Source: Octopus sinensis
Taxonomy: Eukaryota
Direction of reading: 5' to 3'
Length of the DNA stretch: 64,000 bases
Assembly (NCBI RefSeq): GCF_006345805.1
Contig: NC_043025.1
Coordinates: 12,152,001 to 12,216,000, forward strand
Part shown: positions 24,301-37,010 of the stretch, in pieces
How positions within the stretch are numbered: the first letter of the stretch is position 1
Layout: each line of letters starts with the position of its first letter
The notes under the pieces: model-generated
The model's input: only the letters and a program-made list of their open reading frames with translations
The model's database searches: none
Told to the model about the DNA's origin: nothing
Position numbers and translations under genes: made by a program

Positions 24301-27300
24301 TCCATTATGGTGTGATTAGGTAAGTTTAGAATTAACATTGCACAATCAAAGCCTTGGCCGAGAGGGCAACATAGGTGTCTTAAACATGTTAAAAGAGGGA
24401 GCAGATATTAAAACAAGAGACGTCTGTGGTTAGACAGCTTTACATCATGCTGTGATTGGGTAAGTTTAGAATTAACATTGCTCAATCAAAGCCTTGGCCG
24501 AGAGGGCAACATAGATGTCTGCAACATGTTAAAAGAGGGAGCAGATATTAAAACAAGAGACAAAAAGGGTTAGACAGCTTTACATGGTGCTGTGATCGGG
24601 TGAGTTTAGAATTAACATTGCACAATCAAAGCCTTGGTCGAGAGGGCAACATAGATGTCTGCAACATGTTAAAAGAGGGGCATATATTAAAACAAAAGAC
24701 AAAAGGGTAGACAGCTTTACATTGCTGTGATGGGGTGAGTTTAGAATTAACATTGCTCAATCAAAGCCTTGGCCGAGAGGGCAACATAGATGTCTGCAAC
24801 ATGTTAAAAGAGGGAGCAGATATTAAACAAGAGACAAAAGGGTTAGACAGCTTTTACATGGTGCTGTGACGGGTGAGTTTGAATTAAACATTGCACAATC
24901 AAAGCCTTGGTCGAGAGGGCAACATAGATGTCTGCAACATGTTAAAAGAGGGAGCAGATATTAAAACAAGAGAAAAGTCTGGGTTAGACAGCTTTACATC
25001 ATGCTGTGATTGGGTAAGTTTAGAATTAACATTGCTCAATCAAAGCCTTGGCCGAGAGGGCAACATAGATGTCTGCAACATGTTAAAAGAGGGAGCAGAT
25101 ATTAAAACAAGAGACAAAAAGGGTTAGACAGCTTTACATGGTGCTGTGATCGGGTGAGTTTAGAATTAACATTGCACAATCAAAGCCTTGGTCGAGAGGG
25201 CAACATAGATGTCTGCAACATGTTAAAAGAGGGAGCAGATATTAAAACAAGAGACAAAAAGGGTTAGACAGCTTTACATGGTGCTGTGATCGGGTGAGTT
25301 TAGAATTAACATTGCTCAATCAAAGCCTTGGCCGAGAGGGCAACATAGATGTCTGCAACATGTTAAAAGAGGGAGCAGATATTAAAACAAGAGACAAAAA
25401 GGGTTAGACAGCTTTACATTGTGCTGTGATCGGGTGAGTTTAGAATTAACATTGCACAATCAAAGCCTTGGCTGAGAGGGCAACATAGATGTCTTAAACA
25501 TGTTAAAAGAGGGAGCATGTATTAAAACACAATCTAACAAGGGTTAGACAGCTTTCCATTATGGTGTGATTGGGTAAGTTTAGAATGAACATTGCACAAT
25601 CAAAGCCTTGGCTGAGAGGGGATGAGCATGCCCCATTGAGAGTGTGCTTTGATACATGTCAATCAGGGTAGGGCAAACTGAAGCGTTGCTCCTACTGGGA
25701 TCCACATTCCATTATGAATGCAGACAGCCAAGTGTGACACCACAGCAGTCAGAAGTAGAACGGGTTTTCATGTGTCCAAATTGGAGACAAAGAGGTGGGT
25801 GAAACCCCGTAATCATGGTGCACAACACGAGGAGAGAAATGAAGGGTGGCTGCAATCAGTACTTGGAAAAATAGATATCAGTGGATATTCACCAAACAGA
25901 TGAAAATGGTGAAACGTAACTCATGGCTGCTTGTAAAGGGAGCAACATAGATGTCTTAAACAAGTTAAAAGAGGGAGCAGATATTAAAACAAGATCCATC
26001 CAAATTTGATGACAAAATTTGGAGATGATCTCAACGTGGTAAACAAAAATGGTTAGACAGCTTTCCATTATGGTGTGATTAGGTAAGTTTAGAATTAACA
26101 TTGGACAATCAAAGCCTTGGCCGAGAGGGCAACATAGATGTCTTAAACATTTTAAAAGAGGGAGCAGATATTAAGACAAGATCCATCCAAATTTGATGAC
26201 AAAATTTGGAGATGATCTCAACGTGGTAAACAAAAATGGTTAGACAGCTTTCCATTATGGTGTGATTAGGTAAGTTTAGAATTAACATTGCACAATCAAA
26301 GCCTTGGCTGAGAGGGCAACATAGATGTCTTAAACATGTTAAAAGAAGGAGCAGATATTAAAACAAAATCCAACAAGGGTTATACAGCTTTACATTGTGC
26401 TGTGATGGGGTAAGTTTAGAATTAACATTGGACAATCAAAGCCTTGGCCGAGAGGGCAACATAGATGTCTTAAACATTTTAAAAGAGGGAGCAGATATTA
26501 AGACAAGATCCATCCAAATTTGATGACAAAATTTGGAGATGATCTCAACGTGGTAAAAAAAAATGGTTAGACAGCTTTCCATTATGGTGTGATTAGGTAA
26601 GTTTAGAATTAACATTGGACAATCAAAGCCTTGGCCGAGAGGGCAACATAGATGTCTTAAACATTTTAAAAGAGGGAGCAGATATTAAGACAAGAGCCAT
26701 CCAAATTTGGAGATGATCTCGACGTGGTAAACAAAAATAGTAATACAGCTTTCCATTATGGTGTGATTGGGTAAGTTTAGAATTAACATTGCTCAATCAA
26801 AGCCTTGGCTGAGAGGGGATGAATGTGCCCCATTGAGACAGTGCTTTGATACATGTCAGTCAGGGTAGGGCAAACTGAAGTGTTGCTCCTACAGAGATCC
26901 ACATTCCATTATGAATGGGGTCACCCAAGTGTGACACCACAGCAGTCGGAAGTAGAAGGGGTTTTCATGTGTCCAGATCGGAGACAAAGAGGTGGGTGAA
27001 ACCCCGTAATGCATGGTGCACAACACAAGGAGAGGAAATGAAGGGTGACTGCGATCACTACATGGAAAATATATCGGTGGATGGAATGCCGTGTCGCATA
27101 TCCGATGTCTTGATAATGGTTAGCTTCCTTGATGATAAAAGGGGAGGGAGAGACCAATCCTGTGATCCTGCGACGATAACAAAGGGAACATCGGCCACCA
27201 AAGTGGTTGGACAATTTCAAAACAGAATAGAGGGGCAGTGATCTTCAGATCTGGGGTGGGGGTCATAAAGGGAACATCGGCCACCAAAGTGGTTGGACAA

Positions 27301-28160
27301 TTTCAAAACAGAATAGAGTGGCAGTGATCTTCAGATCTGGGGTGGGGGGGGTCATGTGAAAAAATGAAGGGGGGTCATGGGGCTGGCACGAGAGGAGAGG
27401 ATGTCACACCAAGAAGCAGAGTGTTTCAACAGATTCTTGGCATGGTTGTCTGGTGCCAAAAGGTGTGTTTTGGGAAATGTGAACAGAGTCACGGGATCTG
27501 ACAAAGTTGATGCCTGCTTGTAAAAAAAGGCAACGTAGATGTAATAAACCATGTTATCGACATACACGATCCAAGAAAGATGGACGTATACAATGCCGTA
27601 AAAAAAAAACAAAAAAAACCCTACCAATACATTTTCAGGGCCACAAAATGAGAATCCTGGTTGAAGAAAAGGCCATAAGGGACAGCAAACATCAAACCAA
27701 TAACAAACCAAGGAAACACCTTAAAAGGGCATATAACCTGCCCCAATTACAAAAAGAATTATACATGTTAGTTGGCATCTTCCAGACTGATTCACATTTG
27801 ATATTCTCCCCACACAATTCATTTTCAACAATATACAGATACCTTTTCTTCTGCTGTGATTGGGTAAGTTTAGAATTAACATTGCACAATCAAAGCCTTG
27901 GCCGAGAGGGCAAAATGTGTGTTTTGGGAAATATTCCACTCTGACTAGAAGCTTGGATAGATTGCATTAAAAATATAAAAAAAAAGGTCCAGAAAGAATT
28001 CAGCAAATAAATTCAAATACTGAAACTCATCTAAAAATGCCTGTTAACAGGGTAACACGAATTCAATAAATTTGATGACAAAAAAGGTCACACAGCATTG
28101 CACCATGTTGTGATTGGGTAAGTTTAGAATTAACATTGCACAATCAAAGCCTTGGCTAAA
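21360..28160 (+). repeat. Ankyrin-exon-derived tandem array, block 2 (about 35 units of 140/187 bp)
   Basis: Same unit as block 1; exact 140-bp period, e.g. 22621/22761/22901. Confidence 0.9.
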
Positions 28161-28829
28161 ACCTTAAGTTTTAAGGTTTTATACCCAACAGGAATCTATC
28201 GTGTTCCCCCACACAATTCATTTTCAACAATATACAGATACCTTTTCTTCTGTCAGTTTTAAGGTTTTATACCCAACAGGAATCTATCGTCTTATATTTT
28301 CATCAACTGGATTTTTTTCTCAATATCTGCAGAGGGGCCAAATTCCTTTCTTATTCCAGATATATTTCAAGGTAAAAACTATTTTGGAGGACACATATCG
28401 GAGAGTGAAAATAGAGAAATATTGCCAAGAAATTTAGTTAAATCAAATATGCCGCAGCAATTCTACCAGCGGTATCGTGGCACTCTGTCGGTTATGATGA
28501 CGAGAGTTCCAGTGGATCCAATCAACAGAACAGCCTGCTCGTGAAATAAATGTGCAAATGGCTGAGCACTCCACAGACACACATACCCTTAATGTAGTTC
28601 TGGGGGAGATTCAGTGTGACAAAGATTGTGACAAGGGGCCCTTTGAAATACAAAAACAGGAAGGAAGAAAGAGTGAGAGAAAGTTGTGGCGAAGAGTACA
28701 GCAGGGGTCGCTACCACCCCCTGCTGGAGCTTTGTGGAACTTTAGATGTTTTCGTTCAATAAACACTCACAAAACCCAGTCTGGGAATCGAGACATGGTC
28801 CTATGACTGCAAGTCCGCTGCCCTAACTA

Positions 28830-28842
28830 CATATATATATAT

Positions 28843-28906
<64 letters not shown>

Positions 28907-28959
28907 ATATATATATGTATGTATATATATATGTATGTATATATGTATGTATGTATATG

Positions 28960-28994
<35 letters not shown>

Positions 28995-29320
28995 ATATAT
29001 ATATATATATTATGTATATATATATATATATGTATGTATATATATATGTATATATATTTATATATATATGTATGTATATATTTATATATATATGTATATA
29101 TATATATATATTTATGTATATATATATATATATATATTTATGTATATATATATACATATATATATATGTTATGTATATATATATATGTTTATGTATATAT
29201 ATGTTATGTATATACATATGTTTATGTATATATATATATATATTTATGTATATATATATACGTATATATATATTTATGTATATATTTATTAATGTATGTA
29301 TGTATGTATGTATATATGTG
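28830..29320. repeat. (TA)n-rich microsatellite
   Basis: Direct inspection. Confidence 0.95.
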
Positions 29321-29435
29321 ACTGAGGAGACTTATGGCTAAAGATTAGTGGTTATGAATTCCATGACAGATCAAAAAGTAACATGATGTTGATGAACAGA
29401 GAAAAAATGATAGAAAAGAAAAAAAAATATTGACA

Positions 29436-29640
29436 AAATAAAACTGGACCTATTCCTGTCAGGTATCCCAGATGAACCAACTTCACGGCAGGAGGTGCAG
29501 ATGAGGGCAGCTGCATCGAACTCTCTCATGCACCAAACGGCAATTGCTAAAAAGCATTCGTGAAGTATAAAATCATGTAGCAACACCGAATGGCGGTGCC
29601 CCAGCATGGCCACAGCTCGTGAGCTGAAACTAGATAAAAT
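29436..29640 (+). mobile_element. CR1/L2-type LINE extreme 3' end
   Basis: KIKLDLFLSGIPDEPT...RAAASNSLMHQ plus 3' UTR; second copy at 42510-42712. Confidence 0.7.
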
Positions 29641-29653
29641 ATAAAATATAAAA

Positions 29654-29686
<33 letters not shown>

Positions 29687-30651
29687 TTGAGGATGCTGGA
29701 AAATGGGTCCTAGTTCAAGTTAATGCTCCTTAATTGAAATACTGGAAGCATAGAGGCTGGCAGAATGGGTGTATAAAACCCTTGAACAAGATGTATAGTT
29801 CTGTGTCATGAAGTATTGGGTTGTCCACTCAATTTATTTCATCTTTATTAGTCGACACCTGTAATTGTTTTTTTCTTGTTTGTATCTGTAATTGTGTAAT
29901 ATTTTCTGTCTTTTTTTTTGGGGTCTTTGCTGTCTCCCAAAATATTTAATACTCTTAGCTTAGATTTTTGGAGCCAGCCAGATTCGAACAATCTCAAGTG
30001 TAACAGGTCGAAACTGTAAGGAAAATCCAGTAACTTGACTGATGAAAGAAGACTGAATGACCCTTCCTTGTTTTTTTTCCTGTCTATCCTTTTGTTGTTT
30101 CTCCTGTCTGAAGAGGCTGAAAATTCCTTTCTTATTCCAAATAACATTTGAAGGTAAAAAAAACATCTTGAACGCATATCAGACAGTGAAGTCAAGAAAT
30201 ATTACAAAGAAATTCAGTTAAATCAAATATTTTACAGAAACTCTTCCACAGATTTCTCTTCTGTATAAAAAAAACTTCCTTTAACCCTTTAGTGTTCGCA
30301 TTATTCTGCCAAAATTAATGCTTCTTCATCCTCATTGTTTTGAATTAATCAGGCATTATCTTGTAGCTATGAGATTTTGATGAGGTAGCTGTTAATTTTT
30401 AAAACGATATTGTAGGGCTGGTGTGAGAGACCAGATCTAGCCAGTTTGAACATAAAACAGGCAGAATATTTTTGGCCGGATATGGCTGGTTTAAATGCTA
30501 AAGGGTTAAACTTTCAAAGATGGTAATGTTGATGTATGTCTCGGATAAAAGTTTCTTTTATGCCATTGTCATCTGCTTTTCTGAAATAACAAAAGAAAAA
30601 GCTTCAGTTACAGAGGATAGAGCAGTGGAAATTGTAATATATTTCTAGAAT

Positions 30652-33345
30652 AGGCGCAGGAGTGGCTGTGTGGTAATTAGCTTGCTAACCAACCACATGG
30701 TTCCGGGTTCAGTCCCACTGCGTGGCATCTTGGGCAAGTGTCTTCTGCTATAGCCCCAGGCCGACCAATGCCTTGTGAGTGAATTTGGTAGACGGAAACT
30801 GAAAGAAGCCTGTCGTATATATGTGTATATATATATATATATATATGCATGGGTGTGTTTGTGTGTCTATTGCTTGACAACCGATGCTGGTGTGTTTACG
30901 TCCCCGTCACTTAGCAGTTCGGCAAAAGACACCGATAGAATAAGTACTGGGCTTACAAAGAATAACTCCCGGGGTCGATTTGCTCGACTAAAGGCGGTGC
31001 TCCAGCATGGCCGCAGTCAAATGACTGAAACAAGAGAGGAAGAGAGAATGAGCTTTTGCTATAAACCTTCAACTCCACAATTAAAACTTTACTTTTTAAT
31101 TCGGTAAGAAAATTACTTCTCTCTTTCTCTCTGATACTTGTTTCAGTCATTTGACTGCGGCCATACTGGAGCACCGCCTTTAGTCGAGCAAATCGACCCC
31201 GGGACTTATTCTTTTCTGTAAGCCCAGTACAAAAAAGAATAAGCTAGTCGTAAGTAGTCGATCCTACAACGACTTTTAACCCTACCCCTAACCTTAGTCT
31301 TTTTATAAAAATAATTTATTTACTTAGGCGAGTGCGCGCACCGGGACCCCTGTTCGCTAGTAGTATCAACTTTTCCCCGCATCTTTTTTGTGAGTGATTG
31401 ATTGAGGAAGATATATATATATATATACATACATACACTGCGTGACATCGTGAGCAGGGGTCACTGGGTTGACATCTATCTTGTGAGTGTACCTTTAATT
31501 CAAAAGGTTACAGTGCACAGTGTATGCATGTACACAGGAGTGGCTGTGTGGTAAGTAGCTTGCTAACCAACCACATGGTTCCGGGTTCAGTCCCACTGTG
31601 TGGCATCTTGGGCAAGTGTCTTCTGCTATAGTCCCGGGCCGACCAATGCCTTGTAAGTGGATTTGGTAGACGGAAACTGAAAGAAGCCTGTCGTATATAT
31701 GTGTATATATATATATGTGTGTGTGTTTGTGTGTCTGTGTTTGTTCCCCCAGCATCCCTTGACAACCGATGCTGGTGTGTTTACGTCCCCGTCACTTAGC
31801 GGTTCAGCAAAAGATACCGATAGAATAAGTACTGGGCTTACAAAGAATAAGTCCCGGGGTCGATTTGCTCGACTAAAGGCGGTGCTCCAGCATGGCTGCA
31901 GTCTAATGACTGAAACAAGTAAAAGTGTAAAAGAGTAAAGAGTATATATATCTTCAGAAATGTAAATAAACCCACGTGGTTTATAAGTGACAGTTATGCT
32001 ACTAGTATCGAAAGAAGTCCAATTTTTTTTTATTCACCATAAGGTTGAGAAAAAGAGGGGACAATACGGGGACAGAAAAAACAAACATTGGGGTCAGGGT
32101 ATCATTGAAAAGTTGTATTGCTGTGTGATATGCGAGAAAAACTAATTAATTAAAAAAATTAATTACGCTATCACTCCCTCTCTATCTCACTCACACACAC
32201 AGCAAAACACACCTCTCTCTCTCTCTCTCTCCTTCCCTCACAGACACACATACAGACAGCAACACAGGTACGCCCACTATCTCTCCCTCTTACACACACA
32301 CACAGCAAACTACCTCTCTCTCTCCCTCACACCCCCACCAACACAGACGCCCCTGTCTATTTCTCTCTCTCTCTCTCTCTCACTTTATGCCAAGGCCACA
32401 GAAATAAGTAAAACTTTTACAGAATTTACCGAAGAAAGGCTGAGGACGCTCGACCTTTATTCTCTTGAAAAACGCCGCCGCCGTGGTGATCTCATTCTCG
32501 CCCACAACATCATAAGCGGAAAGTGTAACCTCTCGAAAGAGCTGTTCTTCACTCCTGCTCCAGAGCGTCGGCTGCGGGGTCATTCCGAAAAGCTCTACCT
32601 GCGATGATTTCATCTCAATCGAAGGAGAGGGGCTTCCTCCGTCCGGGTTGCGGATCCATGGAACAAGCTGCCAGACGAGATGGTGAAGATGCCGACAACC
32701 GCTCGGTTCAAAGCCTCCCTGGACCTCAAGTGGCCTGAACTCTTTACATGAACACCACCCTGTACATAACTCCATGTCCCCCTACATGGCCTTGCTATTT
32801 GCTTTTGAGCCAAATTAACTAACTAACTTAACAGCTAATAGATTAGCTGTTCTAGTTTGGTCTTTCTGCAAGTCATATCGAAAGATAACCATATGGCGAT
32901 CTTGTAGATTACACACACACACACACACATATATATAGGCGCAGGAGTGGCTGTGTGGTAAGTAGCTTGCTTAAGAACCACATGGTTCCGGGTTCAGTCC
33001 CACTGCGTGGCACCTTGGGCAAGTGTCTTCTACTATAGACTCGGGCCGACCAATGCCTTGTGAGTGGATTTGGTAGACGGAAACTGAAAGAAGCCTGTCG
33101 TATATATGTATATATATATATATATATATGTGTGTGTTTATGTTTGTGTGTCTGTGTTTGTCCCCCTAGCATTGCTTGACAACCGATGCTGGTGTGTCTA
33201 TGTCCCCGTCACTTAGCGGTTCGGCAAAATAGACCGATAGAATAAGTACTGGGCTTACAAAGAATGAGTCCTGGGGTCGAGTTGCTCAATTAAAGGCGGT
33301 ATTCCAGCATGGCCGCAGTCAAATGACTGAAAAAAGTAAAAGAGA
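30652..33345 (+). mobile_element. Cluster of SINE family A copies (30652-31040, inverted partial 31136-31232, 31535-31942, 32937-33345)
   Basis: Same head and tail consensus in each copy. Confidence 0.85.
32385..32832 (+). mobile_element. CR1-type LINE 3' end
   Basis: RRGDLILAHNIISG...RLRGHSEKLYL...SVRVADPWNKLPDEMV...FKASLD, then a (TAAC)n tail. Confidence 0.8.
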
Positions 33346-33347
33346 GT

Positions 33348-33500
33348 ATACATACATACATACATACATATACATACACATATATATACATACATACACA
33401 CACACACATATATATATACATACATACACACACACATATATATATATACATACATACACACACATATATACATACATACACATATATACATACATATACA

Positions 33501-33540
<40 letters not shown>

Positions 33541-33994
33541 TACATACACACACACACATATATACATACACACACACATATAAACATACACACATATATA
33601 CATACACACCACACACACACACACATACATACACACATATACATACATACACACACACATATATACATACATACACACACCACACATATATACATACACA
33701 CACATATATATATACATACACACACACACACATATACATACACACACACACACACACACACACCACACACATACATACACACACATATATACATACATAC
33801 ACACACACACACACATATATACATACACACACACATATAAACATACACACATATATACATACACACACACACACACATACATACACACACATATATACAT
33901 ACATACACACACACACATATATACATACATACACAACCACACATATAAACATACACACATATATACATATACACACACACACACACACACATAT

Positions 33995-34061
<67 letters not shown>

Positions 34062-34182
34062 GCCGAAATTTGCTATGATGATTCGGTGTCTGACTGAAGA
34101 TTGAAGGCTTCGAATAATTTGTCTGTGTTCCGTGTTCGTCCCTTCCTGTATTTCATGTTCATTATATATAAAAACATTCATT

Positions 34183-34260
<78 letters not shown>
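33348..34260. repeat. (CA)n/(TA)n/(GA)n compound microsatellite
   Basis: Direct inspection. Confidence 0.95.
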
Positions 34261-34270
<10 letters not shown>

Positions 34271-34501
34271 TCATGAGAGGTAATGGTGTCAAGAAGACCT
34301 AAATGTGTCAGGTAATGCTGAGTAAGTGTTATGGACAGCCTATAGTTAATTAAGCTCCAGGTTCAGTGATTATACGAACCAAAGTCCAATGTAGGTCACA
34401 TATCAGCAGGTGTATATATATATATATATATATAAAAAAATTTTCAGAATCAGATAAAAATCCAAAGGTGTGAAAGATTTCAGAATATTTCTGAATAGGT
34501 T

Positions 34502-34867
34502 GGCAATCTTTCGTCTCTAGTAGACCTTTCCGTCGATTTCCGTAAAAAAAATTTTTTTTTTTTTTTACGTATGGGCTTGCGGGAACTTTTGAAGTAATGA
34601 GAGCGAAAGAGACTAAGAGAAAGCGATTGTATGACGAGGGAAGTTCTTTTGAAGTTACCGTGCATGGCAAGCATTGAGGTACATGTGTGTGTGTGTGTGT
34701 GTTTGATGGGGTGTGGGAGACAGACAGTATGTTGTGTAAGTGAAGTGCTTCTGTTAGTGTGTGTGAAGAGACAGAGTAATGTGTGAAAGAAAGAGATAAC
34801 TGGAATTTTTTACTCGGTGTATGTGTATATGTATGTATGCATGTATGTGTGTGTGTGTATGTATCTA

Positions 34868-34898
<31 letters not shown>

Positions 34899-35033
34899 GT
34901 GTGTATGTATCTATGTATGTGTGTGTGTGTATGATGTATATTATTACAAAAGTTCCCGCAAGCCCATATGTAAAAAAAAAAAAAAAATTTTTACGGAAAT
35001 CGACGGAAAGGTCTACTAGAGACGAAAGATCGT
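34502..35033. mobile_element. MITE with about 90-bp terminal inverted repeats
   Basis: ggcaatctttcgtctctagtagacctttccgtcg... versus ...cgacggaaaggtctactagagacgaaagatcgtc. Confidence 0.85.
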
Positions 35034-35300
35034 CAATAGGTTTAACAACTGTGACCGGGATATTTTTGGTTGTTTTGCTAAATTTTTCTTGAGAACATTT
35101 CTTAGTGGTAAGACCACAGCGGATCTATTTCTAGCATAAGGGTTGTCCACATAGTGGTTTCGCTCTAATACGTATATAATACAATTTTACTGTACCTTCA
35201 GTTTGGTTTTTTATATGCTAGACCACTGCTGTGAAATCGATGTTAATTAAATCAATATCTAATTTCTCACCTCATTTTAAATTCACATATATATATATAT

Positions 35301-35466
35301 AGGCGCAGGAGTGGGTGTGTGGTAAGTAGCTTGCTAACCAACCACATGGTTCCGAGTTCAGTCTCACTGCGTGGCATCTTGGGCAAGTGTCTTCTGCTAT
35401 AGCCCCGGGCCGACCAATGCCTTGTGAGTGGAGTTGGTAGACGGAAACTGAAAGAAGCCCGTCGTA

Positions 35467-35509
<43 letters not shown>

Positions 35510-36164
35510 TGCAGGAGTGGCTGTGTGGTAAGTAGCTTGCTAACCAACCACATGGTCCGAGTTCAGTCCCACTGCGTGGCATCTTGGGCAAGTGTCTTCT
35601 GCTATAGCCCCGGGCTGACCAATGCCTTGTGAGTGGATCTGGTAGACGGAAACTGAAAGAAGCCCGTCGTATATATGTATATATGTAGAGGCGCAATGGC
35701 CTAGTGGTTAGGGCAGCGGACTCGCGGTCGCAGTATCACGGTTTCGATTCTCAGACTGGGCGTTGTGTGTGTTTATTGAGCGAAAACACCTAAAAGCTCT
35801 ACGAGGCTCCGGCAGGGGGTGGTGATCCCTGCTGTACTCTTTCACCACAATGGCGGTGCCCCAGCATGGCCACAGCTCAAGAGCTGAAACTGGAAAAACA
35901 AAACAAAAACAAAAAATATATATATATATATATATGTGTGTGTGTATGTTTGTGTGTCTGTGTTTGTCCCCCTAGCATTGCTTGACAACCGATGCTGGTG
36001 TGTTTACGTCCGCGTCACTTAGCGGTTCGGCAAAAAGAGACCGATAGAATAAGTACTGGGCTTACAAAGAATAAGTCCTGGGGGTCGATTTGTTCGACTA
36101 AAAAGGGCGGTGCTCCAGCATGGCCGCAGTCAAATGACTGAAACAAGTAAAAGAGTAAAAGAGT
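35301..36164 (+). mobile_element. Tandem SINE A heads with a nested tRNA-SINE family C copy (35688-35900) before the SINE A tail
   Basis: Two A heads, then gaggcgcaatggcctagtggttagggcagcggactcgcg inserted in the (TA)n linker. Confidence 0.8.
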
Positions 36165-36293
36165 ATATATACATATATATGTATATATGTATATATATGG
36201 CACCGTCATGCTTTTAGCTGTCAGAAGTGAAAGTAGTCAACTTCGTATATTTATGTCGTCAGGTTTATACCTACGTTAATTTACGCCGTTTAT

Positions 36294-36805
36294 GGCGATC
36301 TTTCGTCTCTAGTAGACCTTTCCGTCGATTTCCGTAAAAAAAAATTTTTTTTTTTTTTGTTACATATGGGCTTGCGGGAACTTTTGAAGTAATATACATA
36401 CATATACACATACACACATACATAGATACATACACACACACATACATAGATATATACACACACACACACACATACATAGATAGATACATACACACACACA
36501 TAGATACATACACACACACATACATACATAGATACATACACCCACATACATAGATATATACACACACACACACACATACATAGATAGATACATACACACA
36601 CACATACATACATACACACACATACATAGATACACACACACACATACATAGATACATACACACACACACATACATACATATACACATACACCGAGTAAAA
36701 AATTTCAGTTATCTCTCTCTTTCACACATTACTCTGTCTCTTCACACACACTAACAGAAGCACTTCACTTACACAACATACTGTCTGTCTCCCACACCCC
36801 ATCAA

Positions 36806-36836
<31 letters not shown>

Positions 36837-37010
36837 CATCAATGCTTCACATGCACGGTAACTTCAAAAGAACTTCCCTCGTCATACAATCGCTTTCTCT
36901 TAGTCTCTTTCGCTCTCATTACTTCAGAAGTTCCAGCAAGCCCATATGTAAAAAAAAAAATTTTTTTTACGGAAATCGACGGAAAGGTCTACTAGAGACG
37001 AAACATTGCC
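36294..37010. mobile_element. Second copy of the same MITE, opposite orientation
   Basis: Same TIRs; the internal sequence is the reverse complement of 34600-34820. Confidence 0.85.

Noticed and set aside
6184-28160. CRISPR-like repeat/spacer appearance of the array
   Set aside because: Eukaryotic context, no cas genes, and the intervening segments are themselves repeated and of unequal length. The constant part is an exon end plus splice donor.
28841-29341. Long YI/CV/HT-rich ORFs (also 2868-3371, 33255-34292, 40918-41601, 47815-48393)
   Set aside because: Translations of microsatellites.
30652-30725. tRNA genes at SINE heads
   Set aside because: A/B boxes are present, but I could not fold a complete cloverleaf and they continue into SINE bodies.
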